A stretch of 64,000 nt of DNA from Octopus sinensis. Its lineage: Eukaryota. The position numbers were made by a program, and so were the translations under genes. The stretch spans positions 8,184,001 to 8,248,000 of the forward strand of contig NC_043026.1 in NCBI RefSeq assembly GCF_006345805.1, in the 5' to 3' direction. Shown one piece after another: positions 1 to 11,777 of the stretch (position 1 is its first letter; every line of letters starts with the position of its first letter). The notes below the pieces were generated by a model. It was not told where the DNA came from, ran no database searches, and saw only the letters and a list, made by a program, of their open reading frames with translations.

Positions 1-74
1 GGTGCAGCCATCTGGTTCGCCAGACCTCAGTCAAATCGTCCAACCCATGCCAGCATGGAAAGCGGACGTTAAAC

Positions 75-116
<42 letters not shown>

Positions 117-360
117 CCTCCAAATCAGAAAAGCTACTAACTGAAACATGTGACAATTCATAATATAGTCCTCCAAATACCCTAACCCTACAAAAATGAG
201 GAGATGGTCATGGCTGGAAAGCTTTTGATCACCACGTTTCTGCTCAATCATGACAGACCTGGAGTTAAACAACAACAACAACAACAGTAACAAATCATAG
301 AATAAAACAAAAAAAAACATCAGACAAAAAGTTTTACAAAATTTCTTTTTTAGAATTTAC

Positions 361-752
361 CTCCTCTTTTTCTTTCTCCTCCTCATCATCGTCATCATCG
401 TCATCGTCTTCCTTATTGTCATCTTTACCTTCGTCATTGCCCTTCTTCACAGACGTGGGTAGTGGGGAGGTTGCCGTCGACCCTGTTGTGGCCCCTAACT
501 CCTCCCTACGCTTCACGTTTCCATCAACACAAGACGATGCTGTGCCCCTGACACTCTTGTTGCTACCGACAACAGAATGACCACCACCACCACCACCACC
601 AGCTTTATCATCTTTCGCTGGCTTCTTGAATACAGGTCTGAATGACGGTACGGTGGACGTGGGCCCGGACACTGGGGCAGGAATCAATCCCTTGCCTCCA
701 ACAGATTCTACATCCTGCCCACTGCTTTGTTGGTCAGTTTGGGATTCATCTT
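361..752 (-). CDS. WDR70: WDR70/gad-1 coding exon 4 (low-complexity linker, acidic tract); gene continues left of the window
   Basis: Acceptor ttttgttttccag|AA GAT GAA TCC at 752 (phase 1); reads EDESQTDQQ...[16 protein letters not shown]; donor GAG|gtaaat at 360 (phase 0). An acidic run precedes the WD domain in WDR70 as I recall it. Confidence 0.7.
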
Positions 753-825
753 CTGGAAAACAAAAAGGAACGAAATAGGGAAAAAATGCATATATATACA
801 TATATATATATATATACATATATAC

Positions 826-857
<32 letters not shown>

Positions 858-888
858 CTATATATATATCTATATATATATATATATA

Positions 889-931
<43 letters not shown>

Positions 932-1479
932 TATATAATAGAAATATTAAAATAACTAAGTCTCTCTAAAAGAGAACAGCGGCAGCATTCCCGGAAAATA
1001 ATAGTTATCGCCATACTAATATGGCATTCTATAAAAATAAGAAAAAAGCTGTCCGCTTATTAGCTCCATGAGGCCATCGCCTTAAGTTAGCTATTTGATA
1101 CACAAACTGTATCCAGATAACCTTCGAAGCTAATAAGCGGACAGCTTTTTTCTTATTTTTATAAGAATGCCATATTAGTATGGCGATAACTATTATTATA
1201 TATATATATATATACATTTAAATATTTGTTGTGCAAGATTTTTTATGTGAAGTCGTGTGTTGAAACAGATATTGTTATATTTCGGAATGGCCATATTGCC
1301 AGTTTAGCCAATAAAATATTACAAATATTACAGGCATCCCCCCCCCACACACACACTAACTAAACATAGACGCACATAGCGGTATATGCATGCGCAAATG
1401 AAGACACATACAATAGGAATACAAAATGGCTGACCGTTACTAAGGGAGACACACAAATAAGAAAGAAGAAAACAAAGGA

Positions 1480-1519
1480 CCACTGATGAGGTCACAGGAG
1501 TGTGACGAAAGAACTCTGG
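1480..1519 (+). ncRNA. Minimal type-I hammerhead ribozyme motif, intact core
   Basis: CCA-CTGATGA-G-GTCACA(GGAG)TGTGAC-GAAA-GAAC-TC-TGG; predicted cut after C1516. Confidence 0.6.
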
Positions 1520-1699
1520 CCGAAATAAGATTAAGATTAATGTAAAAAATAAATAACACTAAAGCAAAATAACACCAAATATATAGTGCGTGTTTTTATT
1601 GGCTAAACTGGCAAAATGACCATTCCAAAATACAACATTATATATATATGTATATATATATATATATATATACAGATAAATACATATATATATATATTA

Positions 1700-2072
1700 T
1701 CATCATCATCATCGTTTAACGTCCACTTTCCATGCTGGCATGGGTTGGACGATTTGACTGAGGGCTGGCAAACCAAATGGCTGCAACAGACTCCAATCTT
1801 GATCTGGCAGAGTTTCTACAGCTGGACGCCCTTCCTAACGCCAACCACTCCGCGAGTGTAGTGGGTGCTTTTTATGTGCCACCGGCACAGGTGCCAGGGG
1901 AGTCTGGCATCGGTCACGATCGGTTGGTGCTTTTTACGTGCCACCGGGATGGAAGCCAGTCAAGGCGCCACTGGCATCGGTCACACTTGGATGGTGCTTT
2001 TTACATGCAACCGGCACAGAAGCCAGTCGAGGCGGCGCTGGCATCGGCCACGTTCGGAACGACCAGGCTATC
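1700..2072 (-). mobile_element. Retroposon family C ((GAT)n tail, internal ~60-bp minisatellite)
   Basis: catcatcgtttaacgtcc...ggatgcccttcctaacgccaacc; copies also at 1-118(+), 20263, 22564, 27563, 30092, 40148, 54318(+) and 58510. Confidence 0.8.
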
Positions 2073-2371
2073 AGATGTTGCTACACATCGCTGGTCACAG
2101 TGCGCTTCACATTGTTTTAGCCTCCAAATGACGCCACCTCGCTGGCTAAGCGAGCAGGCCAATATATACATATATATATATCAGGATGTATATAAAACCA
2201 ATTCTGTAAAAATGTATATGTGTGTGTGTATATATTTATATATGTTTCTATATGCAGAGGGGAGGGAAGTAGAGAGAGAAGGGAAGTAAGAGGGGAGAGA
2301 AAAAGAGAAGGGGAGTGGAAGGAAATGGGGGGAGGGAGGTTGAAAGAAAGAGAGAGGGAAATGAACTTCAC

Positions 2372-2455
2372 CGTTTTTGTTCCGTTCCGCTGCCAGTTGT
2401 CGAGCTTCTTCAAACATGGCCATGAAATCAAAGTTTCGGGCTTTCTTATCAGGTT
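2372..2455 (-). CDS. WDR70: WDR70 coding exon 3 (KPDKKARNFDFMAMFEEARQLAAERNKN)
   Basis: ttttcctattccag| acceptor and G|gtgaag donor, 84 nt, phase 1-1; peptide closely matches the recalled human WDR70 N-terminal motif KKARTFDLEAMFEQTRRTAVER. Confidence 0.85.
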
Positions 2456-2510
2456 CTGGAATAGGAAAAACAGGAGAAAAATGAAATTTGTATTATGTTT
2501 AAAGATGAGT

Positions 2511-2701
2511 GGCGCAGGAGTGGCTGTGTGGTAAGTAGCTTGCTAACCAACCACATGGTTCCGGGTTCAGTCCCACTGTGTGGCATCTTGGGCAAGTGTC
2601 TTCTGCTATAGCCTCGGCCGACCAATGCCTTGTGAGTGGATTATGTAGACGGAAACTGAAAGAAGCCTGTCATATATATTATATTATATATATAGATATA
2701 T

Positions 2702-2779
<78 letters not shown>

Positions 2780-3202
2780 ATATAGGCGCAGGAGTGGCTG
2801 TGTGGTAAGTAGCTTGCTAACCAACCACATGGTTCCGGGTTCAGCCACTGCGTGGCATCTTGGGCAAGTGTCTTCTGCTATAGCCTCGGGCCGACCAATG
2901 CCTTGTGAGTGGATTTGGTAGATGGAAATGAAAGAAGCCCGTCGTATATATATATATATATTATATAATATATAAATATATAAATATGTACTGTGTGTGT
3001 CTGTGTTTGTCCCCCCAACATCGCTTGACAACCGATGCTGGTGTGTTTATGTCCCTGTCACTTAGCGGTTCGGCAAAAGAGACCGATAGAATAAGTACTG
3101 GGCTTACAAAGAATAAGTCCCGGGGTCGATTTGCTCGACTAAAGGTGGTGCTCCAGCATGGCCACAGTCAAATGACTGAAACAAGTAAAAGAGAGTAAAG
3201 AG
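2511..3202 (+). mobile_element. SINE family A (tRNA-type head, (AAGAGTA)n tail), two heads + tail
   Basis: GGCGCAGGAGTGGCTGTGTGG (A box) ... GGTTCAGTCC (B box); more than 20 copies in the window. Confidence 0.85.
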
Positions 3203-3439
3203 TATATATATATGTGTGTGCGTGTGTGTATAAATTAGAAAAAAAACACCTTTTATCAATTCAAAATGAAAAATTAAATTACACCATGTAGAAAATTACA
3301 TATAATAGAAAGATTAAATATAAGATAAAAAATATAACAATGATGAAGTAATGTGCAAAATAATAAATAAAACGTATATATATATATATATATATAATAT
3401 ATATATACTTATTTTAAGCAGCAGAAAATTCAACAAAAT

Positions 3440-3477
3440 CTGTTACTCTGAGTTTCTCGTTGCCGTTCATCAGACAG
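3440..3477 (-). ncRNA. Hammerhead motif on the left arm of the 3409-3562 palindrome
   Basis: Exact reverse complement of 3494-3531. Confidence 0.55.
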
Positions 3478-3493
3478 TTTTGGCTAGAAAAAA

Positions 3494-3531
3494 CTGTCTG
3501 ATGAACGGCAACGAGAAACTCAGAGTAACAG
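3494..3531 (+). ncRNA. Minimal hammerhead motif, intact core nucleotides
   Basis: CTGT-CTGATGA-A-CG(GCAA)CG-A-GAAA-CTCAGAG-TA-ACAG; GUA triplet. Confidence 0.55.
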
Positions 3532-3744
3532 ATTTTGTTGAATTTTCTGCTGCTTAAAATAAAGCATATTACTCTACCACTGGTATTTGAGTACTCTTTT
3601 TTTTCCACCTTGTTTCACATTTATGTGTTTACTCCGGTATATATATATATATATAGGGAGAATTCACAAAAAACAAAAAATGAAGACAGGTGGTGTAAAA
3701 AACAAATAGATGTATTAGGATAACGCCTTGGGAAGTGAAAAGGT

Positions 3745-3780
3745 CTTTAACGTTTCGAGCCTACGCTCTTCTACAGAAAG
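3745..3780 (-). ncRNA. Hammerhead-like motif, CUGUAGA core variant
   Basis: CTTT-CTGTAGA-A-GAGC(GTAG)GCTC-GAAA-CG-TT-AAAG on the minus strand. Confidence 0.45.
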
Positions 3781-4069
3781 GGACACAGAAAGAAACAAGG
3801 AGAGAGAAAAATGTGTGTAGTGGCTAGCAATCTTATAGAGGTATGTGTACCATATGTATTGTATTATATTATACACACACACACACACACACAGATACAC
3901 ACACACATATATATATGTATATAGGAAACCACATCCTACTGTTATATGTATGTGTATATGTAAGTATGAGCCAATGAGGAAGACCATTACATGGTAGCTA
4001 CTCTTGGTAGAAATAGCAGCCAAATCTCACTCAAGCCATACTTTACTGTCCTATGTATGTATGTATGTA

Positions 4070-4240
4070 TTTTGGAGAGTGTGCGCCTCAGAGGGCGCAC
4101 ACTCTCCTACCCTGATGTAATCTCCAGGGATACAGGCATCCAGCAACAGGACCTCCGTAATGCTATGATGGACCGTGAAGTCTGGCGTAACATAGTAAAT
4201 TCCATTGTCTCGACCACGGTCGAACAATGATGATGATGTA
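4070..4240 (+). mobile_element. RTE-clade LINE 3' end
   Basis: RGRTLSYPDVISRDTG...DREVWRNIV peptide followed by a (TGA)n tail. Confidence 0.75.
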
Positions 4241-4583
4241 TGTATGCATGTATGTATGAGCCAATGAAGGAGACCGCTACACGGTAGCTAGACTTTCTAG
4301 AAATAACAGCCAAATTTCTCTAAATTATTCCTTTCTCTATATATGTATGTATGTATGTATGAGCCAATGAAGGAGACCTCTACAGGGTAGCTAGACTTTC
4401 TTGAAATAACAGCCAAATTTCTTTAAAATTATTCCTTTCTCTATGTATGTATGTATGTATGTATAAATGAAAGATGCCTCTACATGGTAGCTTGATCTGA
4501 CAGAAGTAGCAGTGAAATCATCCTGAAATGACATATAACATCCTCACATATTCAGAAAGGAGAGTGAGACACACAGACAGACT

Positions 4584-4632
<49 letters not shown>

Positions 4633-4872
4633 GGAGATAAAAAGATATAGGAATAGAGGAGGGGTGAGAGAGGAGGAGATGAGAAGGGAGAAGGAAAGAG
4701 ATAAAGAGAGACAGAGACAGACAGACGAATCAATAGAGAGAGAGAAAAGGAGAGAGAGAAAAGGAGAGATAGAAAGATAGAGGAAGAGGGGAGTGAGAGG
4801 ATATGAGAAAGGAGGAGAGAGAGAGTGGGGAAGGGGAGGGGGGGAGAGTGTAATTAAATAGATTAGGCTTAC

Positions 4873-4959
4873 TTGTTGACTTTTCATTCTTGTTGGAACT
4901 TTGGTCTGTTGAGGTTTTGGGTCCAAAACTGCGCTGAGGCCTCTCCTGTTTCCGTGCAG
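4873..4959 (-). CDS. WDR70: WDR70 coding exon 2 (ARKQERPQRSFGPKTSTDQSSNKNEKST)
   Basis: catcag| acceptor and CAA|gtaagc donor, 87 nt, phase 1-1; keeps frame with exons 1 and 3. Confidence 0.65.
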
Positions 4960-5107
4960 CTGATGATGATGATGATGATGATGGTGATGGTGGTGGGGAC
5001 AATTGTGATGGCAGCCAGAGGAAAAACCATTGGAAAAAGAGAAAGAAAAGAAAAAAAGAAAACCACATTACAACACATTACTACTGAAATATTGATGGAA
5101 TGGCTAT

Positions 5108-5461
5108 AGGCGCAGGAGTGGCTGTTGGTAAGTAGCTTGCTTACCAACCACATGGTTCCGGGTTCAGTCCCACTGCGTGGCACCTTGGGCAAGTGTCTTC
5201 CACTATATATAGCCTCGGGTCGACCAAAGCCTTGTGAGTGGATTTGGTAGGTGAAAACTGAAAGAAGCCCATCGTATATATATATATATATAGGCGCAGG
5301 AGTGGCTGTGTGGTAAGTAGTTTACCAACCACATGGTTCCGGGTTCAGTCCCACTGCGCGGCACCTTGGGCAAGTGTCTTCTACTGTAGCCTCGGGCCGA
5401 CCAAAGCTTTGTGAGTGGATTTGGTAGATGGAAACTGAAAGAAGCCCGTCGTATATATGTA

Positions 5462-5492
<31 letters not shown>

Positions 5493-5892
5493 GGCGCGCA
5501 GGAGTGGCTGTGTGGTAAGTAGCTTGTTTACCAACCACATGGTTCCGGGTTCAGTCCCACTGCGTGGCATCTTGGCCAAGTGTCTTCTACTATAGCCTCG
5601 GGCCGACCAAAGCCTTGTGAGTGAATTTGGTAGACGGAAACTGAAAGAAGCCCGTTGTATATATGTATATATATATGTGTGTGTGTGTGTGTTTGTGTGT
5701 CTGTGTTTGTCCCCCTAGCATTGCTTGACAACCAATGTTGGTGTGTTTATGTCCCCGTTAATTAGCGGTTCAGCAAAAGAGACCGATAGAATAAGTACTG
5801 GGCTTACAAAAGAATAAGTCCTGGGGTCGATTTGCTCGACTAAAGGCGGTGCTCCAGCATGGCCGCAGTCAAATGACTGAAACGAGTAAAAG
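5108..5892 (+). mobile_element. SINE A, three tandem heads + tail
   Basis: Heads at ~5108, 5292 and 5493 separated by (TA)n. Confidence 0.85.
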
Positions 5893-6544
5893 AAAAATTT
5901 AAAAAAAAAGAAAAGAAAAATAGCTGGAACACCTTTGGTAATTAGACAGCTGGATCAGAGCTGACCAGGGGTTAAACAACAAGAGCAAGGAAGATGCATT
6001 TGATAATGTAATCCGGGTTCAGTCCCACCGAGTGGCACATTGGGCGAGTGTCTTCTGCTTTATAGCCCCAGGCTGAACAAAGCTGAGAAGATTCAGTAAA
6101 TGGAGACAGAATGAAGCCCATTCTATGTGTGTGTGTATGTGTGTGTGTATGTGTGTATATGTATGTGTGTGTTTGTGTGTTTGTGTACGTGTGTGTGTGT
6201 TTGTGTGTGTGTTTGTGTATGAATATGTGTGTGCGTGTGCCTGCTTGTTCCTCACCATCACTCAACAACCAATGTTGGCTTATGTCCCTGTAACTTAGCA
6301 GTTCAGTAAAAAGAGACCAATAGAATAAGTACTAGGCCTTAAAAAAAAAAGTAAGTCCTGCAGTTGATTCAATGCAGTGCCCCAGCATGGCCACAGTCCT
6401 CTTGCTGAGCATCTTTTGTCAAACTGTCCAACCCATGGCAGCCTGGAAAAAAGGGGCGTTAAATGATGATGCTCAAAGGTCCTTCCCCGGCTCATAGGCT
6501 AGTTTCCCAGATTCTGTCCCCACCTGGACAGAACACCGGTTTGT

Positions 6545-6990
6545 TAGTTAGTTAGTTAATTTTTGGCTCAAAAAGCAAAAAGCAAGGTCATGTAGGGGGA
6601 CATGGAGTTATGTACAGGGTGGTGTTCATGCAAAGAGTTCAGGCCATTTCTGGTCAAGGGAGACTTTGAACCGAGTGGTCGTTGGCATCTTCACTATCTC
6701 GTCTGGCAGCTTATTCCACGGATCCGCAACCCGGACGAAGAAAGCCTCTCTCCTTCGATTGAGATGAAATCGTCGCAGATAGAGCTTTTCAGAGTGACCC
6801 CGCAGCCTACGCTCTGGAGCAGGAGTGAAGAATAGCTCTTTCAAGAGGTTACACTTTCCGCTTATGATGTTGTGAGCAAGAATGAGATCACCACGGCGGC
6901 GGCGTTTTTCTAGAGAATAAAGGTCAAGTGTCTTCAGCCTTTCTTCATAAGACAAATGCTTGAGACCAAGAACCATGCGGGTAGCCACCT
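6545..6990 (-). mobile_element. CR1/L2-clade LINE 3' end (ORF2 C-terminus + 3'UTR)
   Basis: SYEERLKTLDLYSLEKRRRRGDLI...RGHSEKL...FFVRVADPWNKLP; (TAAC)n tail near 6545. Confidence 0.88.
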
Positions 6991-7194
6991 TCTGGACTCT
7001 TTCGGTTTGCCACAGGGCTAATCATTTTTTGCCAGCTGAGTGACCCGGAGCAACGCGAAATGAAGTGTTTGGCTCGAAAACACAACGCCTCACCTGGTGC
7101 AGGAATCGAAATCGCAATCTTACGACCATGAAGGCAACACACTAACTACTAAACCATGCACCTCCACAAATGATGATGATGATGATATACAATA

Positions 7195-7425
7195 GGCGGC
7201 GAGCTGGCAGAAACGTTAGCATGCCGGGCGAAATGCGTAGTCGTATTTCGTCTGCCGTTACGTTCTGAGTTCAAATTCCGCCGAGGTCGACTTTGCCATT
7301 CATCTTTCCGTGGTCGATAAATTAAGTACCAGTAACGCACTGGGGGCGATGTAATCGACTTAATCCGTTTGTCTGTCCTTGTTTATCTCCTCTGTGTTTA
7401 GCCCCTTGTGGGTAGTAAAGAAACA
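7195..7425 (+). mobile_element. SINE family B (tRNA-type head, GCCTTTCATCC...GTCGATAAATTAAGTACCAG core)
   Basis: A box GAGCTGGCAG, B box GAGTTCAAATTCC; further copies at ~8296, 12228, 22797, 44520(-), 45850(-), 46410 and 59220. Confidence 0.8.
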
Positions 7426-7519
7426 GATATACAATACATACACACACACAAACACACGCTTACATTTGAGGGCCAATAGGGCACTATTTTCAAATACTGT
7501 GGTATACAGAGTCACATAC

Positions 7520-7931
7520 TCTTTTACTCTTTACTCTTTTACTTGTTTCAGTCATTTGACTGCAGCCATGCTGGAGCACCGCCTTTAGTCGAGCAAATCA
7601 ACCCCAGGACTTATTCTTTTGTAAGCCCAGTACTTATTCTATCGGTTTCTTTTTGCGGAACCGCTAAGTGACGGGGACGTAAACACACCAGCATCGGTTG
7701 TCAAGCAATGCTAGGGGGACAAACACACACACACACATACATATATATATATACATACATATATACGACAGGCTTCTTTCAGTTTCCGTCTACCAAATCC
7801 ACTCACAAGGCATTGGTCGGCCCGGGGCTATAGTAGAAGACACTTGCCCAAGATGCCACGCAGTGGGACTGAACCCGGAACCATGTGGTTGGTAAGCAAG
7901 CTACTTACCATACAGCCACTCCTGCGCCTAT
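7520..7931 (-). mobile_element. SINE A
   Basis: Full-length reverse copy. Confidence 0.85.
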
Positions 7932-9748
7932 AGGAACATGTATTTTTGTCCGAGACTGAAATTAGAAGCCAAAGGCCATTGACACGATGAGAGACGGCAA
8001 GAAACGAGAAGGGAATAAGCCAGTTACATTCACTTCTACAGCAAGGGACGATTACCTCCCCTTCACAAGCCATTTCTGATACTTGAAAGCAAGTTGGCAG
8101 AATCGCTAGCACGTCGGGCAAAGTGCTTTGCGGCATTTCGCCCGTTCAAATCCCGCCCAGGTCGGCTTTGCCTTTCATCCTTTCGGAGCCGATTGAATAA
8201 ATTCGAGTGAAACACTGAGGTCAAAGTAATTGACTGGTCGCCTCCCATCAAACATGAGACCTTGTGCCTCTGGTAGAAAGCATTATTATTAATAAGGCGG
8301 CGAGCTGGCAGAATTGTTAGAACGCTGGGTAAAATATTTGGCGGCATTTCGTTCGTTTTTACAATCCGAGTTCAAATTCCGCCGAGGTCGACTTTGCTTT
8401 TCATCCTTTCGGGGTCGATAAATTAAGTACCAGTTATGCACTGGGGTCGATATAATCGACTTAATCCGTTTGTCTGTCCTTGTTTGTTCCCTCTGTGTTT
8501 AGCCCCTTGTGGGTAGTAAAGAAATAAGTATTTCGTCTGTCTTTACGTTCTGAGTTCAAATTCCGCCGAGGTCGACTTTGCTTTTCATCCTTTCGGAGTC
8601 GATAAATTAAGTACCAGTGAGACACTGGCATCAATATAATCGACTAGTCCCCCGCCCCAAATAGCTGGCCTTGTAGCAAAATCTGAAACCATTAATCTTT
8701 ACATATTCGCACACATACACGTGTGTTTGAGTGTGCGCGCGAAAAGCTTCCTCACAGTTTTATCCACAAAATTCTGATCAAAGGATAGCGAATAGCTTGA
8801 AGTATTTAGACTCGAACTTAAAGAGATGTGTTTGCGAAGCGGGCTTCTTAACCATACACCAAACAGCCATGCTTCTTCACAAAAATGCAAACACGTTACA
8901 CACACAAACACAATCCTTTCTACTATAGACACAGGCACAAGGGCTGGAAATTTGGAGGTGGATAGCGATTATATCGACCCCTGTATTCGACAGATATATA
9001 TATTTTTTTTCCAATTGCAAAGGATGAAAAGCAAAGAGGATCTCACGACATTCGAACTCTGAACGTAAAGCGGAAAAAAATGCTGCAAAGCAGTTTTCCC
9101 GGTGCGCTAACGATTCTGCCAGCTAGCCATTACACACACATACATACATTGATTTTATTTTTTAAGAGATGTTTGCGGCGCGTGATTTAGTGGTTCGGGT
9201 GTTGGACTCTTAAGATTGCAGTTTTGATTCCTGGAACGGGCGATGCATTGTGTTCTTGAGCAAAACACTTCATTTCAAAGTGCCCCTAGTCCACTGAGCT
9301 AGTAAAAATAAGTATTCCCGCGACGGGTGTCCAGTCAAGGAGAGAATATATAGCTATAGAAACCGGCCCCTGTGAGTCTATAAGAGTCGGGAAGTGGCTT
9401 TATCTTTTATTATTTTTTTTATCCTGTTTATGACCGGATCACTTTTGATCAAAGGTTTACCGAGTCAGGGAAGACCTGGTACTAAACAACAACATAGGAC
9501 ATATTACATTTGAATAAAAGACACAACAAACGAAGCCGGGGCATATTTTGATCGCAGTTCTCCCGGATCCGGACTGACCCGGGCTGTATGTAAACATCAA
9601 CCACGTAGAAAATATTTAGAAATCTACGTCTTCTGAAAAGCAATCTACACATTAAAGTTATACACGTGATATAGTTAAACATTTATCTATTTAATTTGGG
9701 TAATAAAATCAACAGAAGATGGGTATTTAATAAGAAAACGGGGCAAAC

Positions 9749-9788
9749 CTCGCAGCTGAGACATTTCTTCGAGGTCGTCGTCAGCCAT
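9749..9788 (-). CDS. WDR70: WDR70 probable first coding exon (MADDDLEEMSQLR)
   Basis: AGC ATG G start in a CpG-rich island; GAG|gtttgc donor, phase 1, compatible with exon 2. Confidence 0.6.
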
Positions 9789-9910
9789 GCTGTTGTTGAT
9801 AGCGGTGGGTTTTTATCTCCTTTGCTGAAGAACGACGCTTGGCGCGCTTGGTTCGCGTGGTGATCTCCTTATCGCGTATTTGTAGGCTGACTTGATAAAT
9901 ATTCGCATGC
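9789..9910 (-). promoter_or_regulatory. CpG-rich 5'UTR/promoter of WDR70
   Basis: Unique, CpG-dense sequence (GGCGCGC, TTCGCG, ATCGCG) immediately upstream of the ATG in otherwise CpG-poor DNA. Confidence 0.45.
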
Positions 9911-10099
9911 ATGGAAACATGTATGTATGTATGCATTCATGCATGCGTGTATGTATGTATGTATGTATGTATGCATTCATGCATGCGTGTATGTATGTAT
10001 GTATGTATTCGGTTTATTTCAAGATTTCTTGCCAATAGAGAAAGAGCCGGTTTCTAGTCTAGATCCAAGGCTCCTTCATTGGAATTTCATCATCAACAG

Positions 10100-10595
10100 G
10101 ATAATTCTGTTTGTTTGTTTGTATGTATGTATGTATGTATGTATGTGTGTATGTATGTATGTATATATGTGTGTGTGTATGTATGTATATGTATGTGTGT
10201 ATGTATGATGTATGTATGTATGTGTGTATGTATGATGTATGTATGTATGTATGTTTGTATGTATGTATGTATGTATATATGTATGTATGTATATATGTAT
10301 GATGTATGTATGTATTTATGTATGTATGTATATATGTATGTATGTATATATGTATGTATGATTTGTGTATGTATGATGTATGTATGTATGTACGTACGTA
10401 TGTATGATGTATGTGTGTACGTACGTACGTATGTATGATGTATGTGTGTACGTACGTACGTATGTATGTACGTACGTATGTATGATGTATGTGTGTACGT
10501 ACGTACGTATGTATGTACGTACGTATGTATGTACGTACGTATGTATGATGTATGTGCGTAAGTGTGTGAATGCATGCATGTATGTATGTATGTCT
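10100..10595. repeat. (TATG)n/(TACG)n microsatellite
   Basis: Direct reading. Confidence 0.95.
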
Positions 10596-11278
10596 CTTCA
10601 GTTTTTAATCATTTAAATTCTTCGTTTGACGAAGGATTTGCTTTCTAACATAGATACGGAGCTTCGCCATCGTTATGTAGTTAAAGAACACGAGTGAGAA
10701 TTGATAACTTGAATCAAAAATCAAAATCGAAATCGATCAACATCAATGGAAATTGTAGCTGTGATACAATTTGTATGGAGGATGTTTACAGCTATTGGAA
10801 TGGGAGGTATGGAGCCAGGGAGGGAGGGGGCAGTGCACAAAAGCCTCTTGTTAGTTATGGAACAAGAGAAAGGAGTTAAGCTGAAAGTCAGGAGGAGATG
10901 AGGAGCAGAGATATGGTCACTTCTACGGACCCACCAACAGGAGTGTTAAGGGCCAGGGTTGAAACACCTAATAAGAGTTACATACTGTCTGATGACATCA
11001 GTTCTTTCTGATCAAAGCTCTATTCACTTTGGTGAAGGGAAAAGAAGTACCTTCTTCTCAGTGTTATCAATAATACACACACGTATATAAATATACAAAG
11101 GAGTGTTGAAAAGTTCCTGGTTTTGGATAATAGTAACGAAATTATTGTATACAGTGCTCAGGTGCACCACAACTTGTCAGAAAGTGCGTATAGAGTATAT
11201 GCAGTAATGTACAAATGTCTGGAAAGTGAACAGTGTATGAATCAGATACATGCTTGCGTGTGTATGGTGGGGAGAATA

Positions 11279-11600
11279 TCAGGTGTAGTGTTGACGAATC
11301 TCAGGAAGCATGGAAGTTTTGGAGGATGCAGTGCTCCGACAACTAACAACTGATGCCGGCAGTTTGTTCCATGCTTCAGCAACTCTCAGCGTGAAAAAAT
11401 GTTTCCTAAAGTCATGGGAGCTGTGCTGTTTTCTGACTTTGTAAATATGTCCACGGGTGTTAGACAGACGGTGTTTAAAAAGGTACTCAGAGTTATTGTT
11501 TGTAAGATGGTTGATAATTTTATGGGTGTTTGCCAAGTTAGCTGCCAGACATCGGAGTTTCTTATGTAATTCATAATCTAATTGTGCTCAACAGCTGTTT
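11279..11600 (-). mobile_element. CR1/L2-clade LINE 3' fragment
   Basis: NTRGHIYKVRKQHSSHDFRKHFFTLRVAEAWNKLP. Confidence 0.82.
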
Positions 11601-11777
11601 TATTAAGATAATTAAATATGTAATTACATGATTGTGATACAAAGATGGAGTAATTGAGGGAAAAGACATTTGGCTTTGATTTATTGACTTAGAACTTGGA
11701 GCTGAAACTGACAGGATCCAATATATGTGTGTATATAGGAGTATATATCTGTGTGTGTATATATATATATATATATA

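Noticed and set aside
334-360. ORF track ends the minus-strand ORF at a TAA (…VNSKKEIL*), suggesting a short complete protein
   Set aside because: A GAG|GTAAAT donor at 360 and WDR70 homology indicate the gene splices onward to WD-repeat exons outside the window.
10985-11030. CTGATGA-C-ATCAG/CTGAT-CAAA hammerhead-like string
   Set aside because: GAAA is mutated, there is no stem I complementarity, and no second copy supports it.
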